Shown: one piece after another, positions 9,146 to 18,807 of the stretch
How positions within the stretch are numbered: position 1 is the stretch's first letter
Layout of the letters: every line of letters starts with the position of its first letter
Origin: Patescibacteria group bacterium
GTDB lineage: Bacteria; Patescibacteriota; Gracilibacteria; UBA1369; UBA12470
Assembly: GCA_018816885.1 (NCBI GenBank)
Contig: JAHIUS010000001.1
Coordinates: 8,028-72,027, forward strand
Reading direction: 5' to 3'
DNA length: 64,000 nt
The notes under the pieces: generated by a model
What the model saw: the letters and a program-made list of their open reading frames with translations, nothing else
Databases searched by the model: none
Told to the model about the DNA's origin: nothing
Program-made: the position numbers and the translations under genes

Positions 9146-9529
9146 TTAGTATATTTCGCAGAGTAGTTCTCCTCCGACATTTTCTTTTCGGGCCTCATTA
9201 TCGGTCATTAATCCTTTTGGGGTTGATATTATCGCTATCCCGAGACCGTTAAGGATCCTTGGTATTTCACTTCTTTTTACATATATTCTTTGTCCGGGTT
9301 TTGAAATTCTTTTTAAATGTAATTTTTCTGCAGTTTTTGGAAGGGTAAGTGATATTTGTCGGAATTTACCGATTTTTTCTATCTTGATATCTTGTATGTA
9401 CCCTGTTTTCTTCATGATTTTTACAATCTCATTTTTCATGTTTGAATATGGGATCGATACGCTTTCCTTTGATGCGATGGAGGCGTTTCTTATCCTTGTT
9501 AGAAGGTCTGATATTGGATCTGTGTTCAT
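9146..9529 (-). CDS. rpsH: 30S ribosomal protein S8
   Basis: 127 aa, DPISDLLTRIRNA. Confidence 0.95.
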   Translation of the reverse strand: MNTDPISDLLTRIRNASIASKESVSIPYSNMKNEIVKIMKKTGYIQDIKIEKIGKFRQISLTLPKTAEKLHLKRISKPGQRIYVKRSEIPRILNGLGIAIISTPKGLMTDNEARKENVGGELLCEIY

Positions 9530-9558
9530 TATTTAGTGGTAGTTAGTTGTAGTTGTGT

Positions 9559-9783
9559 TTACCAAGATGATTTTCTGACGCCCATTATTTCTCCTTTTTG
9601 AGCCAGTTCCCGGAAACAAATTCTGCATACTTCGAATCTTCTCATATATCCTTTTGGTCTTCCGCAGAGTTTGCATCTGTTGTAGACCCTTGTTGGCATT
9701 GTCGGTTTTTTACCTGCATTAAATGCTCTGTCGGCCGCCTTTTGCTTTTTATTACATTTTACTACTAGAGATGTTTTTGCCAT
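9559..9783 (-). CDS. rpsN: 30S ribosomal protein S14, zinc-binding (type Z-like)
   Basis: 74 aa with [23 protein letters not shown]. Confidence 0.9.
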   Translation of the reverse strand: MAKTSLVVKCNKKQKAADRAFNAGKKPTMPTRVYNRCKLCGRPKGYMRRFEVCRICFRELAQKGEIMGVRKSSW

Positions 9784-9815
9784 TTGAATTATTTAGTTAG
9801 GGCGTAAGGTATGCA

Positions 9816-10391
9816 TTATTTTGTTGGTGGTTTAATTTCATCCTTGAAAGGGAAGCCAAGCTCTTTTAGTAGCAGATATCCTTCGTATGGAGTTTTTGCC
9901 GAGGTGTTTACCGTGATTTGAATTCCGTGTATCTTTTCCGTGTTTTCCAGGTTTACTTCAGGGAATATACTTACATCATTCATTCCAATATTGTAGTTTC
10001 CATTCTTGTCGAATCCTTTTGTGCTTATTCCTCGGAAATCTCTCATTCTTGGCATTACGACGTTTACCAGTTTGTTGATAAAGTCATACATTCTTTTTTT
10101 TCTCAGGGTGACGGTTAGTCCCACTGGCATTCCCTCTCTGAGCTTGAAGTTTGATATCGCTTTTTTCGATTTGTTTGTAATAGGTTTTTGCCCGGTGATG
10201 TCCTGCAGATTGTCTATGATAGGCTGAAAATCTTTATTTCCACTTCTGATCCAGCTACCTATACCTATGTTGATTTTAACTTTTTCCAGTTTTGGTATTG
10301 CGTGAACATTTTTTCGATTTAATTCAGTTTGAAGTTTTTTAACAACTTCTTTTTCGTATTGATCTTGTAATGTGGATTTTTTGCTAGTCAT
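9816..10391 (-). CDS. rplE: 50S ribosomal protein L5
   Basis: 191 aa, L5-like throughout. Confidence 0.95.
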   Translation of the reverse strand: MTSKKSTLQDQYEKEVVKKLQTELNRKNVHAIPKLEKVKINIGIGSWIRSGNKDFQPIIDNLQDITGQKPITNKSKKAISNFKLREGMPVGLTVTLRKKRMYDFINKLVNVVMPRMRDFRGISTKGFDKNGNYNIGMNDVSIFPEVNLENTEKIHGIQITVNTSAKTPYEGYLLLKELGFPFKDEIKPPTK

Positions 10392-10440
10392 TGTTGTGAG
10401 TTAGTGGGGCATAGAGCATGCGGCCTTCGGCCTCTCTGGA

Positions 10441-10782
10441 TTATTTTTTCTTTTTAGATTTGGCTTCTGTCGGTTTGTCGATTGATTCGTTACATTTCTT
10501 ACAGACTCTTCTTTTTTTGCCGTCTTTCGGGATTACATATCCTACTCTTGCCGGTTTTTTGCAGTGAGGGCAGAGGACTTTCACATTTGATACATCGATC
10601 GGGGCTTCAAATTGAATGATTTCTCCTGCTCTTGTTGTGGTTTTTTTGATGTGTTTTTTCTTAATATTAACTTTTTCGACCACGATCGCGTTTCTTTTTT
10701 TCATAATACGCATGACCTTTCCGGTTTTACCCTTATCTTTTCCTGTGATTACCGCCACATTGTCACCTGATTTAATTTTCAT
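10441..10782 (-). CDS. rplX: 50S ribosomal protein L24 with C-terminal CxxC...CxxC extension
   Basis: 113 aa, KOW core ([22 protein letters not shown]) plus CPHCKK...CKKC. Confidence 0.9.
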   Translation of the reverse strand: MKIKSGDNVAVITGKDKGKTGKVMRIMKKRNAIVVEKVNIKKKHIKKTTTRAGEIIQFEAPIDVSNVKVLCPHCKKPARVGYVIPKDGKKRRVCKKCNESIDKPTEAKSKKKK

Positions 10783-11147
10783 AATACATCTGGAGCTAAT
10801 GAGATAATTTTTTGAAACCCTTTGTCTCGAAGTTCTCTTCCTACCGGGCCGAATACACGCGTTCCTTTGGGTTGACCTTCTTTATTTATGATTACTACTG
10901 CGTTATCATCGAACCTGATAGCTGAGCCGTCTTTGCGGCTGAGTTCTTTCCTGGTTCTTACAACAACAGCTCTTTCTATCGCTTTTTTCTTAACTACTCC
11001 TTTTGGAGCAGCTTTTTTGACTGCAACAGTTATTATATCTCCCAATGAGGCATATCGTCTTTTTGAACCTCCGAGGACTTTAATACACATTACCTCTTTG
11101 GCTCCGGTGTTGTCTGCGACTTGTAGTAGTGTTTGTACTTGTATCAT
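10779..11147 (-). CDS. rplN: 50S ribosomal protein L14
   Basis: 122 aa, [27 protein letters not shown]; ATGA overlap with rplX. Confidence 0.95.
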   Translation of the reverse strand: MIQVQTLLQVADNTGAKEVMCIKVLGGSKRRYASLGDIITVAVKKAAPKGVVKKKAIERAVVVRTRKELSRKDGSAIRFDDNAVVIINKEGQPKGTRVFGPVGRELRDKGFQKIISLAPDVL

Positions 11148-11161
11148 GGTTTAATTCATTG

Positions 11162-11401
11162 TTATTTTGTAGCTTCTTCCGGGTTTACGGTTGTCCATCT
11201 CTTGAGTTTCGAAAGTGGTCTGGATTCGTAGATTGTTACCTTGTCTCCTTCTTTCAGTTTGTTTCCTGCGTCGTGTGCGTGATGCTTCTTTGATACTCGG
11301 TATCTCTTCTTGTATTTCGGGTGTCTTTTATATGCATGAACTGTGACGACGACAGTGTCTTTCATTTTGGTGCTTGTGACTATTCCGGTTTTTGTTCGCA
11401 T
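11162..11401 (-). CDS. rpsQ: 30S ribosomal protein S17
   Basis: 79 aa, position and sequence. Confidence 0.9.
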   Translation of the reverse strand: MRTKTGIVTSTKMKDTVVVTVHAYKRHPKYKKRYRVSKKHHAHDAGNKLKEGDKVTIYESRPLSKLKRWTTVNPEEATK

Positions 11402-11414
11402 TTTAATCTAGGAT

Positions 11415-11621
11415 TTAAGATGTAGTGGTTTGGTTTGTTGTCTCGTTTTTTACTGTCAGAATTTGTGCGCAGTATCGCTTGTATGTTGATGCCAGATGAG
11501 ATTTCTTGTCTTGATTAGCTTTTAAATCCAATCGAGACTGCATAAGCTTTATTCGGGCTTTTTCAAGCTCTTTCCGGAGTTCTTCGGTACTAAGTTTTCG
11601 CAGTTCTTTTATTGTCAGCAT
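11415..11621 (-). CDS. rpmC: 50S ribosomal protein L29
   Basis: 68 aa, position between rplP and rpsQ. Confidence 0.9.
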   Translation of the reverse strand: MLTIKELRKLSTEELRKELEKARIKLMQSRLDLKANQDKKSHLASTYKRYCAQILTVKNETTNQTTTS

Positions 11622-11622
11622 T

Positions 11623-12045
11623 TTAATTTATTTCGTGAGATGATATGAATTTAGTTTTGACAGGTAATTTGTGGCTTGCGAGTCTCATTGCTTCTCGTGC
11701 GACGCTTTCTTCCACGCCCTCCATTTCGAATATAATTGCTCCCGGTTTGACCATTGTTACATATTTCTCAACATTACCCTTACCGCTGCCCATAGGTACT
11801 TCCGCAGCTTTTTGTGTTACAGGTTTGTGAGGGAATACTCTGATCCAAATTTTCCCGCCTCTTTTGACATATCTTGTCATTGCTCGTCTTGCCGCTTCGA
11901 TTTGACGCGATGTTACTTCATGCAGAGATTGGGCTTTGAGGGCATATGATCCGAATGCGATTTTGGTATTGCCTTTGGATTTACCTTGGAATGAACCTCT
12001 TAATCTATGTGATTTCCTGTATTTTTGCTTCTTAGGTAGTAACAT
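11623..12045 (-). CDS. rplP: 50S ribosomal protein L16
   Basis: 140 aa, [16 protein letters not shown]. Confidence 0.95.
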   Translation of the reverse strand: MLLPKKQKYRKSHRLRGSFQGKSKGNTKIAFGSYALKAQSLHEVTSRQIEAARRAMTRYVKRGGKIWIRVFPHKPVTQKAAEVPMGSGKGNVEKYVTMVKPGAIIFEMEGVEESVAREAMRLASHKLPVKTKFISSHEIN

Positions 12046-12083
12046 TATTTAGTTGTAGTTAGTAGTGGTAACGGTAGTGGTAG

Positions 12084-12785
12084 TTAAGCAGCTTTTTGGG
12101 CAGTGTTTTTTTCCGCTATTGATCTTGAATGCGGATTGACGGTTGTGCTTAAATCTTTTTTGAAGATTTCTCCTTTGTAAATCCAAACTTTTATTCCTAT
12201 TATCCCATATGTTGTATTTGCTTCAGCAAGTGCATAATCAATATCCGCCCTGAATGTGTGAAGAGGAATTTTCCCTTCTGAATAAAATTCGCTTCTTGAG
12301 ATTTCGACACCGTTTAATCTTCCCGAAACCAGTACTTTTGCTCCGATTGCCCCTGCTTCAATGGCTTTCTGAATAGCCATTTTTGACGCTCTTCTGTATG
12401 AGATTCTTCTTTCTACTTGTTTTGCTATTGAGTCTGCAAGCAGAGTCGCGTCTATATCCGGTTTCTGAATTTCCGAAATATTGATATGGAATCTGCTGCC
12501 GAACTTTTTTTCCAGTTTTTCTCGGAATCTGTCAATATCCTCACCTTGTCTTCCTATTATAACTCCAGGTTTGGAGCTGTATATATTGATGGTTGTTTCG
12601 CTGGTGCTCCTTAATATTTGGATTAGTCCGATGCCGCAGTCAGGCAGAGATTTTAAGATGAATTTTCTGATTGCTATGTCTTGATGAAATAAGCCGGCGT
12701 ACTTTTTTTTCGAGGCGTACCAACTTGAGTCCCATCCCTTGATGATTCCTATTCTCTGGATTTTCGGATTAACTTTTTGTCCCAT
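12084..12785 (-). CDS. rpsC: 30S ribosomal protein S3
   Basis: 233 aa, MGQKVNPKIQRIGI. Confidence 0.95.
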   Translation of the reverse strand: MGQKVNPKIQRIGIIKGWDSSWYASKKKYAGLFHQDIAIRKFILKSLPDCGIGLIQILRSTSETTINIYSSKPGVIIGRQGEDIDRFREKLEKKFGSRFHINISEIQKPDIDATLLADSIAKQVERRISYRRASKMAIQKAIEAGAIGAKVLVSGRLNGVEISRSEFYSEGKIPLHTFRADIDYALAEANTTYGIIGIKVWIYKGEIFKKDLSTTVNPHSRSIAEKNTAQKAA

Positions 12786-12790
12786 TGTTT

Positions 12791-13150
12791 TTAGTTAGTA
12801 GTTTCAGTTGTAGTTTCTTCCGGAGTTTTTACATCGAGTTTTACTGTGATGTGTGAGTTTCTTTTTAAAATCGGGTGAGATCTCCCTCTGGAACAAGGCA
12901 TTGATCTTTTGTATGTTGTTCCTTCATTTACGATTACTTCTTTTATATAAAGCTGATTTCGTTCTTGCTTGAAGTTGTTTTCGGCATTTGCCGCTGCTGA
13001 TGCTATTATTTTGTACAGTATTTTTGCACCTTTTTTCGGAGTAAAGCGTAGATCCGTAAGGGCATCTTCCACTTTTTTACCTCGGACTAATCCGGCGACC
13101 AAATTCGCTTTTTTCGGTGAGATGCTGACTTGTCTTAGTATTGCTTGCAT
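12791..13150 (-). CDS. rplV: 50S ribosomal protein L22
   Basis: 119 aa, L22-like. Confidence 0.95.
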   Translation of the reverse strand: MQAILRQVSISPKKANLVAGLVRGKKVEDALTDLRFTPKKGAKILYKIIASAAANAENNFKQERNQLYIKEVIVNEGTTYKRSMPCSRGRSHPILKRNSHITVKLDVKTPEETTTETTN

Positions 13151-13180
13151 ATTTTATTTAGTTGCAGAAGTAGTTTTAGT

Positions 13181-13444
13181 TTATTTTGCCAATTTTCCTC
13201 CGTGACCTTTGAATTTCCTCGTGAAGGCGAATTCGCCCAGTCTATGTCCTACCATGTTTTCCGATACGAATACAGGTATGTGTTCTTTTCCGTTGTGGAC
13301 TGCAAATGTGTGGCCCACGAACTCAGGGGCTATTACCGAGGCTCTTGCCCAGGTTTTGATCACTTGCTTGTTTCCACCCATCGCCTGTACTTTTTTAAGA
13401 AGTTTGGGTTCTACGTATGGTCCTTTTTTTGATGATCGTGACAT
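13181..13444 (-). CDS. rpsS: 30S ribosomal protein S19
   Basis: 87 aa, [10 protein letters not shown]...HNGKEHIPV. Confidence 0.95.
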   Translation of the reverse strand: MSRSSKKGPYVEPKLLKKVQAMGGNKQVIKTWARASVIAPEFVGHTFAVHNGKEHIPVFVSENMVGHRLGEFAFTRKFKGHGGKLAK

Positions 13445-13502
13445 GATTTAGTGTGTTAGTGGGGCATAGGGCACGGGGTATGCGGGCTTCGCCCTCGGTG
13501 GA

Positions 13503-14351
13503 TTATTTGTTGACTTGGCGGCCTTTGCGATCTCTTACGCGGTATTTGTTGGTTAACTTGTTTTTTCTGGTTTTGAAGCCGAGTGCCGGTAGCCCCCAAG
13601 GAGTTTTCGGATGCTTCATACCAATTGAAGTTGCACCTTCACCACCTCCGTGCGGGTGATCGCAGGGGTTCATAGCTTTACCTCTTACTTGAGGTCTTTT
13701 CCCCATCCATCTTTTCCTTCCGGCTTTACCTATTTTCAGGTTGCTGTGTTCGATGTTGCTTACAACGCCGATAGTAGCGAAACACTCTTTGGATACCAGG
13801 CGAACTTCTTTTGAAGGAAGCTCAATGTGAGCCATTTTCCCTTCCAGTGATGCCAGCTTTGCTCCTCCGCCCGCGCTTCTGCAAAGCTGTCCTCCGCGAC
13901 CTTCAAACATTTCAATGTTGCAAATTGAAAATCCCGGAGGGATGTTTTTGATTTTTAATCTATTGCCTTTTTTGATCTTGGCTTTTTCTGCACAAAGCAG
14001 TTTATCTCCTTCGAGAATCCCTTCCGGAGCAAGATGGTATCTTTTGTCACCGTCTTTGTAAGTTACGAGCATTATGTAAGCCGTTCTGTTCGGATCGTAT
14101 TCGATTGAGGTTACAGTTCCTTCAATGTTGAGCTTGGCTATTCTGCTGAAATCAACCTTCCTTAGACGTTTTTTGTGACCTCCGCCCCTGTGACGAACCG
14201 TAAGTTTTCCCTGGGAATTTCTTCCTGCTTTCTCTTTCTTTTTGGTAAGGAGTCTTTTTTCAGGACTTTTGCCTTTGGTCAGCTCTTCGAAAGTGTACTT
14301 CGAGTAGTTTCTTCTTGCGTTTGATATAGGTTTTACTTTTTTGACTGCCAT
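13503..14351 (-). CDS. rplB: 50S ribosomal protein L2
   Basis: 282 aa, GKAMNPCDHPHGGGEG. Confidence 0.95.
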   Translation of the reverse strand: MAVKKVKPISNARRNYSKYTFEELTKGKSPEKRLLTKKKEKAGRNSQGKLTVRHRGGGHKKRLRKVDFSRIAKLNIEGTVTSIEYDPNRTAYIMLVTYKDGDKRYHLAPEGILEGDKLLCAEKAKIKKGNRLKIKNIPPGFSICNIEMFEGRGGQLCRSAGGGAKLASLEGKMAHIELPSKEVRLVSKECFATIGVVSNIEHSNLKIGKAGRKRWMGKRPQVRGKAMNPCDHPHGGGEGATSIGMKHPKTPWGLPALGFKTRKNKLTNKYRVRDRKGRQVNK

Positions 14352-14355
14352 AGAA

Positions 14356-14658
14356 TTATTTCTTTGTAGATTTAATGTCTTTTTTCAGATCCAGTTTTTG
14401 GTTCGGGGCAAGCGTTATTATTGCTTTCTTTGCCTGATTTCTTTTCTGGACAACCGATTTTTTGTGTCCCCATTTCGTTTTTGGTTTAATGGCGACTATG
14501 TTAACTTTCGCTACTTTTAGTCCATATATGATTTGAAATTCACGCTTGATATCTATCTTTGTTGCTCTTGGGTCAACGATGAAACTGTGCTTGTTCGATT
14601 CTTGCGCTGTAGCGCTTTTTTCTGTGATCACTTGTTTTTTGAGTAGTGTAGAGGGCAT
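14356..14658 (-). CDS. rplW: 50S ribosomal protein L23
   Basis: 100 aa, position and sequence. Confidence 0.9.
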   Translation of the reverse strand: MPSTLLKKQVITEKSATAQESNKHSFIVDPRATKIDIKREFQIIYGLKVAKVNIVAIKPKTKWGHKKSVVQKRNQAKKAIITLAPNQKLDLKKDIKSTKK

Positions 14659-14666
14659 GGGATTTG

Positions 14667-15329
14667 TTAATTTGTGGTAATGCTTTCTTCTTGTTCGACA
14701 GGTGTTTTCTTTAGGAAAGTTTCTTCTAAGATTTTGAAAGCTTCTTGTAAAAAGAGAAGGTCATTGTTTTTCAGTACCTTCTCTACATTTAAGTTTCTTG
14801 CTTCGATTGTGTCGACGAACTTGAGGTTTTTTGCAGCGCGGAAAATTATTTCGTTTTTCCCGTCAGTTACTATTAGCAAGGTCTTTTTTACAGGTAGCTT
14901 GGAAATGGTTTCCGCTATTAATTTGGTTTTGGGCTCTTTATTGTAATCTTCCAGTGCCAATATGTTTCCGTCTTTTGCTTTTGCTGACAATAGAGAGAAT
15001 AAAGCTTTTCTTTGCTGTTTCTTCGGCATTGATTTCGAAAAATTTCTATCGTTTCTTGGGCCGAAAATTGCGTATCCACCTCTGTGATGTCCGCTTTTAC
15101 TAGATCCTTGCCGTGCGCGACCCGTTCCTTTCTGCCTATGGGGTTTCGCTCCGGTTACGCTGATCTCGCCTCTTTTTTTGGCATGAGCGATTGGAGTACG
15201 CTTATTGGCTTGGATCATTACGAGTGCTTGATGTATTAATCCTTCGTTTGGCTTGATTCCGAATATGTCTTTATTCAGTGTTATTTCTCCTTTAGATTCG
15301 CCGTTCTGATTATATAGTTTTGCTTTCAT
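14667..15329 (-). CDS. rplD: 50S ribosomal protein L4
   Basis: Start set at MKAKLYNQNG (ATG 15329). The upstream ATG at 15344 lies in an ATGCCCA repeat unit and may be spurious. Confidence 0.9.
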   Translation of the reverse strand: MKAKLYNQNGESKGEITLNKDIFGIKPNEGLIHQALVMIQANKRTPIAHAKKRGEISVTGAKPHRQKGTGRARQGSSKSGHHRGGYAIFGPRNDRNFSKSMPKKQQRKALFSLLSAKAKDGNILALEDYNKEPKTKLIAETISKLPVKKTLLIVTDGKNEIIFRAAKNLKFVDTIEARNLNVEKVLKNNDLLFLQEAFKILEETFLKKTPVEQEESITTN

Positions 15330-15377
15330 GTGATGCGTGGGCATTGGGCATGCGGGCTTTGCCCTCTGTGGAATTAA

Positions 15378-15962
15378 TTATATTAGCTTGCGGATTATTA
15401 CCAATGAATTTTTCGCGCCCGGGATTGGGCCTTTGATTCCGATTAGATTTTCCTCTTGGTTTAGGTATGCGATTATAGCTCTCTTGATTGTAACTGTATC
15501 ATTTCCCATTCGACCGGCCATTTTCTTCCCTTTGTGGACTCTTCCGGGCTTGGCACAGGCTCCGATTGACCCGGGCTCTCTCTTGTGGTGTGAGCCGTGA
15601 GACATTGGTCCGCAGCTGAAATTGTGCCTCTTGATTGTTCCTTGAGTTCCTTTACCTTTTGAAACTCCTGTTACTTTCACCACTTCTTCTTCTTCGAAAA
15701 TATCTACTTTTATTTGTTCTCCTTTTTTTGGAGCTTCATCTTCTTCCCAACGGAACTCTCTCAGGTTGTGAAATTTCTTGTTTTTCGTCGGGTTTTTATA
15801 CTGGTTAAATCCCAGGACTACCGCCGGATATCCGTCCTTGCCAGCTGTTTTTACTTGAACCACTTCATTCGGTTCACATTTTACAACTGTTAGGGGGATC
15901 ACACGACCGTCATCTTGAATGATGCGAGTCATACCGATTTTTGTGCCTAAGATTCCAGGCAT
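15378..15962 (-). CDS. rplC: 50S ribosomal protein L3
   Basis: 194 aa, GILGTKIGMTRI. Confidence 0.95.
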   Translation of the reverse strand: MPGILGTKIGMTRIIQDDGRVIPLTVVKCEPNEVVQVKTAGKDGYPAVVLGFNQYKNPTKNKKFHNLREFRWEEDEAPKKGEQIKVDIFEEEEVVKVTGVSKGKGTQGTIKRHNFSCGPMSHGSHHKREPGSIGACAKPGRVHKGKKMAGRMGNDTVTIKRAIIAYLNQEENLIGIKGPIPGAKNSLVIIRKLI

Positions 15963-16101
15963 GATTGTATAGGTTAGGGCATTGGGCAGAGGACATAGGG
16001 CATGTGGCCGTTGGCCTCTGTGGATAGGAGATTGGTCTTTTGAGTCCGCGTGGGAGCCTTACTCCTGTTCTAACTTGCAAATTTTAAACTTGCGGGGGTA
16101 C

Positions 16102-16128
16102 TTTATAGATTTGGCCGGTATTAGTCAA
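16102..16128 (-). promoter_or_regulatory. Candidate promoter for the rplC operon
   Basis: Minus-sense TTGACT, 15 nt, TATAAA (or 17 nt to TAAAGT), about 140 nt upstream of the rplC ATG. Confidence 0.4.
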
Positions 16129-16150
16129 GGGAAAAATTTCGCACAGGGCA

Positions 16151-16894
16151 TTACAGAAATTTGAAGCTATCAGCGACATCTTGGTCATATGGGGTGAAAT
16201 CATCGCCACTCTTGTAGTAAAGCACATAATCTTGTCCAACTCCCCAGGTTACGGCTTTGTTTGCTTCCGGGTAGTACTTTAAGAATGTAATCCCGTTGAT
16301 GAAGCAGTTGGGGAATCCGTATTCGTTTTCTCCTTCTCCTGATAGTTGTACGTTATAGACTTCTGCTTGGTTTCCTTCTTCAAGTTCGATTTTCGTACAA
16401 GTTTCTCCGTATTTGTTTGCTCCGAATGCAAGCAGTTCAGCTTCGTTGTTAACTTCTGCTACTTCTATTTTCCAAGGTATAGCATAAGTTGTTGCCTCGA
16501 GTGATGATAGGGTCGCGTTCGGATCATTTGTTATATATACATAATTTTTCCCAGTGTTTTCTATTACTTCGATAGGGTATAGGAAGTTTTGTGCCTGAGG
16601 TCCTTGTTTTGTGCTTTCTTTCGGCAGCTCTATTGAGAATCCCAGGTCATAGTTTGTATAGAGGTTCCAGGTGTTGTTTAGTGAAGTTAAATTTGACCCC
16701 GCGGGTATTGTTTCCGTCATTTCTTCCGGTACTACTTCTGTTTTTTCATTGTCGGTCGAGGTTTCATCAGGGCTGACTGTTTTGTTGGCGTAATAGTATC
16801 CGCCGTAAGCGGCCAAGGCTACAATCAGGGCTCCGATAATCAAGTGTGAAAAGATTTTGCAGCTACATTTGCATTGGCAATTTTCGTTGTTCAT
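16151..16894 (-). CDS. Hypothetical membrane-anchored protein (Cys-rich N-terminus, one TM helix, extracytoplasmic domain)
   Basis: 247 aa: MNNENCQCKCSCK, then TM HLIIGALIVALAAYGGYYY, then an acidic/aromatic domain. I recognise no family. Confidence 0.6.
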   Translation of the reverse strand: MNNENCQCKCSCKIFSHLIIGALIVALAAYGGYYYANKTVSPDETSTDNEKTEVVPEEMTETIPAGSNLTSLNNTWNLYTNYDLGFSIELPKESTKQGPQAQNFLYPIEVIENTGKNYVYITNDPNATLSSLEATTYAIPWKIEVAEVNNEAELLAFGANKYGETCTKIELEEGNQAEVYNVQLSGEGENEYGFPNCFINGITFLKYYPEANKAVTWGVGQDYVLYYKSGDDFTPYDQDVADSFKFL

Positions 16895-16914
16895 TTGATA
16901 AAGGTTATTTGGTT

Positions 16915-17250
16915 TTATTCCGGTTTAGGATCTTCTGTGATCATTTTTATCGATATATCTACTCCCGCAGGCAGGGATAGACTTGAAAGTTGTTCGATTG
17001 TTTTTGGAGTTGTTTCCCGAAGGTCAATTAGTCGTTTGTGTGTTCGGATTTCGTATTGATCCCTGGAATCTTTGTTTACAAACGTTGATTTGTTTACTGT
17101 AAATTTTTCGATTTTCATTGGAAGTGGGATCGGTCCTGCGATTCTTGCGCCGGTCCTTTCAGCCGTATCGATTATCAGCTTGGTTGCTTCGTCGATGACT
17201 TTGTGGTCGAAAGATTTAATCTTGATTCGAATTTTCTGTGCGGAGGCCAT
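16915..17250 (-). CDS. rpsJ: 30S ribosomal protein S10
   Basis: 111 aa, KIRIKIKSFDHKVID... Confidence 0.95.
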   Translation of the reverse strand: MASAQKIRIKIKSFDHKVIDEATKLIIDTAERTGARIAGPIPLPMKIEKFTVNKSTFVNKDSRDQYEIRTHKRLIDLRETTPKTIEQLSSLSLPAGVDISIKMITEDPKPE

Positions 17251-17451
17251 TTTGATACGGGTTAGGATATAGTGGATAGTGAATATGCCGGGAGGGAATC
17301 CCGGAGCTTTTTGGCTACCATTTTAATTTAGTGGGATTTCCCTGTGGGGGGCCAAAACATTAAAAGCAATGCTTTGGACTTTATTCTTTCGGGCTTTAAA
17401 GCCCGGGTAAGTGTGGGGATTTTACCCGGGCAATTGAAACCAAAAAGTTTA

Positions 17452-18642
17452 TTATTCTACAATCTTAGTAACTACTCCGGCTCCCACTGTTCGTCCACCT
17501 TCGCGGATTGCAAAGCGGGTTCCTTCGTCCAGAGCGATAGGAGCTCCGAGGACTACATCCATTTTGACATTGTCTCCGGGCATAACCATCTCAACTCCTG
17601 CAGGAAGCTCGATAGCTCCTGTTACATCAGTTGTTCTGATGTAGAACTGAGGTTTGTAACCCTTGAAGAAAGGAGTGTGTCGTCCACCTTCTTCCTTGGT
17701 TAGTACATACACTTCACACTCGAATTTTGTGTGTGGAGTGATTGAACCGGGGGCGGCAAGTACTTGGCCCCTTTCGATTTCTTCACGCTCGATTCCTCTT
17801 AACAGTACACCTACATTGTCTCCGGCTTGACCTTGGTCAAGAAGTTTCTTGAACATTTCAACACCCGTAACAACAACTTTCCTTGTATCTTTAACGCCTA
17901 CGATTTCCACTTCTTCATTTATTTTCACAATACCTTGGTCGATACGCCCTGTAGCAACGGTACCACGTCCTTTAATTGAGAATACATCCTCGATAGGCAT
18001 CAGGAACGGTTTGTCCAAAACTCTTTCCGGTGTCGGGATATATTCGTCGAGAGCTTTTAAAAGTTCAAGTATTGGTTCTGCATCAGGTCCGTCCGGATTT
18101 TCAAGAGCTTTTAGTGCTGAACCCTTGATGACAGGAGTGTCATCTCCGGGGAACTCATATTTAGATAAAAGTTCGCGTACTTCCATCTCGGAAAGTTCTG
18201 CGATTTCCGGGTCGGCGATATCCATCTTGTTAAGAAAGACGATGACATAAGGCACATTAACTTGCCTTGCAAGAAGGATGTGCTCTCTTGTTTGAGGCAT
18301 TGGTCCGTCTGCCGCAGATACTACCAAGATAGCTCCGTCCATTTGGGCCGCACCAGTAATCATGTTTTTGACATAATCGGCGTGTCCCGGACAGTCTACA
18401 TGAGCGTAGTGCCTGTTCTCGGTTTCGTATTCCTGATGAGAAGTTGCGATTGTGATACCGCGATCCCTTTCTTCAGGTGCGTTGTCGATTTGGTCGAAAG
18501 CAACGACTTTATTATTTCCGCCGAATTTTGTAGCGGCTACTGTTGTGATTGCAGCGGTAAGAGTTGTTTTACCATGGTCAACGTGTCCGATTGTACCTAC
18601 GTTAACGTGAGGTTTGCTGCGATCAAATTTTCCATCTGCCAT
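17452..18642 (-). CDS. tuf: Elongation factor Tu
   Basis: 396 aa, [18 protein letters not shown]. Confidence 0.98.
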   Translation of the reverse strand: MADGKFDRSKPHVNVGTIGHVDHGKTTLTAAITTVAATKFGGNNKVVAFDQIDNAPEERDRGITIATSHQEYETENRHYAHVDCPGHADYVKNMITGAAQMDGAILVVSAADGPMPQTREHILLARQVNVPYVIVFLNKMDIADPEIAELSEMEVRELLSKYEFPGDDTPVIKGSALKALENPDGPDAEPILELLKALDEYIPTPERVLDKPFLMPIEDVFSIKGRGTVATGRIDQGIVKINEEVEIVGVKDTRKVVVTGVEMFKKLLDQGQAGDNVGVLLRGIEREEIERGQVLAAPGSITPHTKFECEVYVLTKEEGGRHTPFFKGYKPQFYIRTTDVTGAIELPAGVEMVMPGDNVKMDVVLGAPIALDEGTRFAIREGGRTVGAGVVTKIVE

Positions 18643-18704
18643 AATTTTTATGGGTTACAGTTAGTAAAAAAGGATATTTGAAATTTTTGCATTAAGCGCG
18701 GAAA

Positions 18705-18733
18705 ATTTTAGGGTAAAGGGCTTTTTAATGCAA
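18705..18733 (-). promoter_or_regulatory. Sigma-70-type promoter for tuf
   Basis: Minus-sense TTGCAT, 17 nt, TAAAAT. Confidence 0.5.
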
Positions 18734-18807
18734 GGGGAAATTCGGAGGATAAATTCAGGACACAGTGATTAGTGAGTGTATATGGCATGAAGATTATTCT
18801 TTGTTTT

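Noticed and set aside
16018-16027. DnaA boxes / replication origin (TGTGGATAG here; GGTGGATTA in the stop-proximal hairpin flanks)
   Set aside because: Matches are 6-8 of 9 and dispersed one per operon spacer rather than clustered. They form part of the conserved hairpin flank. No dnaA or dnaN gene or AT-rich unwinding element is nearby.
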